Shown here: positions 63,745 to 64,000 of the stretch, piece by piece
Layout of the letters: every line of letters begins with the position of its first letter
How positions within the stretch are numbered: the stretch's first letter is position 1
Origin: Chiloscyllium plagiosum
Lineage: Eukaryota
Direction of reading: 5' to 3'
DNA: 64,000 nt
Assembly (NCBI RefSeq): GCF_004010195.1
Contig: NC_057718.1
Span: 34,435,239 to 34,499,238 of the forward strand
Notes under the pieces: model-generated
Databases searched by the model: none
What the model saw: only the letters and a program-made list of their open reading frames with translations
What the model was told of the DNA's origin: nothing
Made by a program: the position numbers and the translations under genes

Positions 63745-63870
63745 AAACACAGATTGCTGGAGAAACTCCACAGGTCTGATAGCATTTCTGGAGAGAAGAA
63801 CAGGGTTAACATTTCAAGTCTACTGATGCTTCATCATCAAGCTTATTGGACATATTTAAGACTGAAAGAT
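63745..63870. mobile_element. Decayed Penelope terminal arm
   Basis: acagattgctggagaaactccacaggtctg..gttaacatttc, similar to the 17218 copy. Confidence 0.6.
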
Positions 63871-64000
63871 GTTTAAACACTCATTTTTGCTGGCAGTGCA
63901 TCAGAGCAGTTTATGAATTGTTGAAGGGTGCATTAGTGTCCGAGAGCAGCAAGGGAATAATTGAAGTTAATCAATCATAAGTCAATTACTTCATATTTTC

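Overview
This is vertebrate DNA, almost certainly from a shark. HE1-type V-SINEs, a DeuSINE, CR1 LINEs with an esterase ORF1 and Penelope elements point there; a bamboo/carpet shark is my inference. I found no intact host gene and no intact transposon ORF, so the window looks like a large intron or intergenic region. Much of it is decayed, often nested transposons: CR1 (three near-full-length copies), L2, Penelope-like elements carrying minimal hammerhead ribozymes, several tRNA-derived SINE families, Harbinger remnants and a hAT MITE. Between them lie unique, enhancer-like islands, and there are two N gaps. The main find is a LINE at 8178-10936 (minus strand). Its 5' end is a tRNA-derived SINE head with A/B boxes and a body, running almost directly into an APE-RT ORF with no ORF1. 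Its sense strand has no TTTT (the Pol III terminator) over about 2.76 kb. The free SINEs at 3903 and 59640 look like this LINE with its coding region deleted. Together this suggests an autonomous, Pol III-transcribed LINE and its SINE. Family names come from recalled consensus sequences, not database searches. Boundaries without target-site duplications (TSDs) are approximate.
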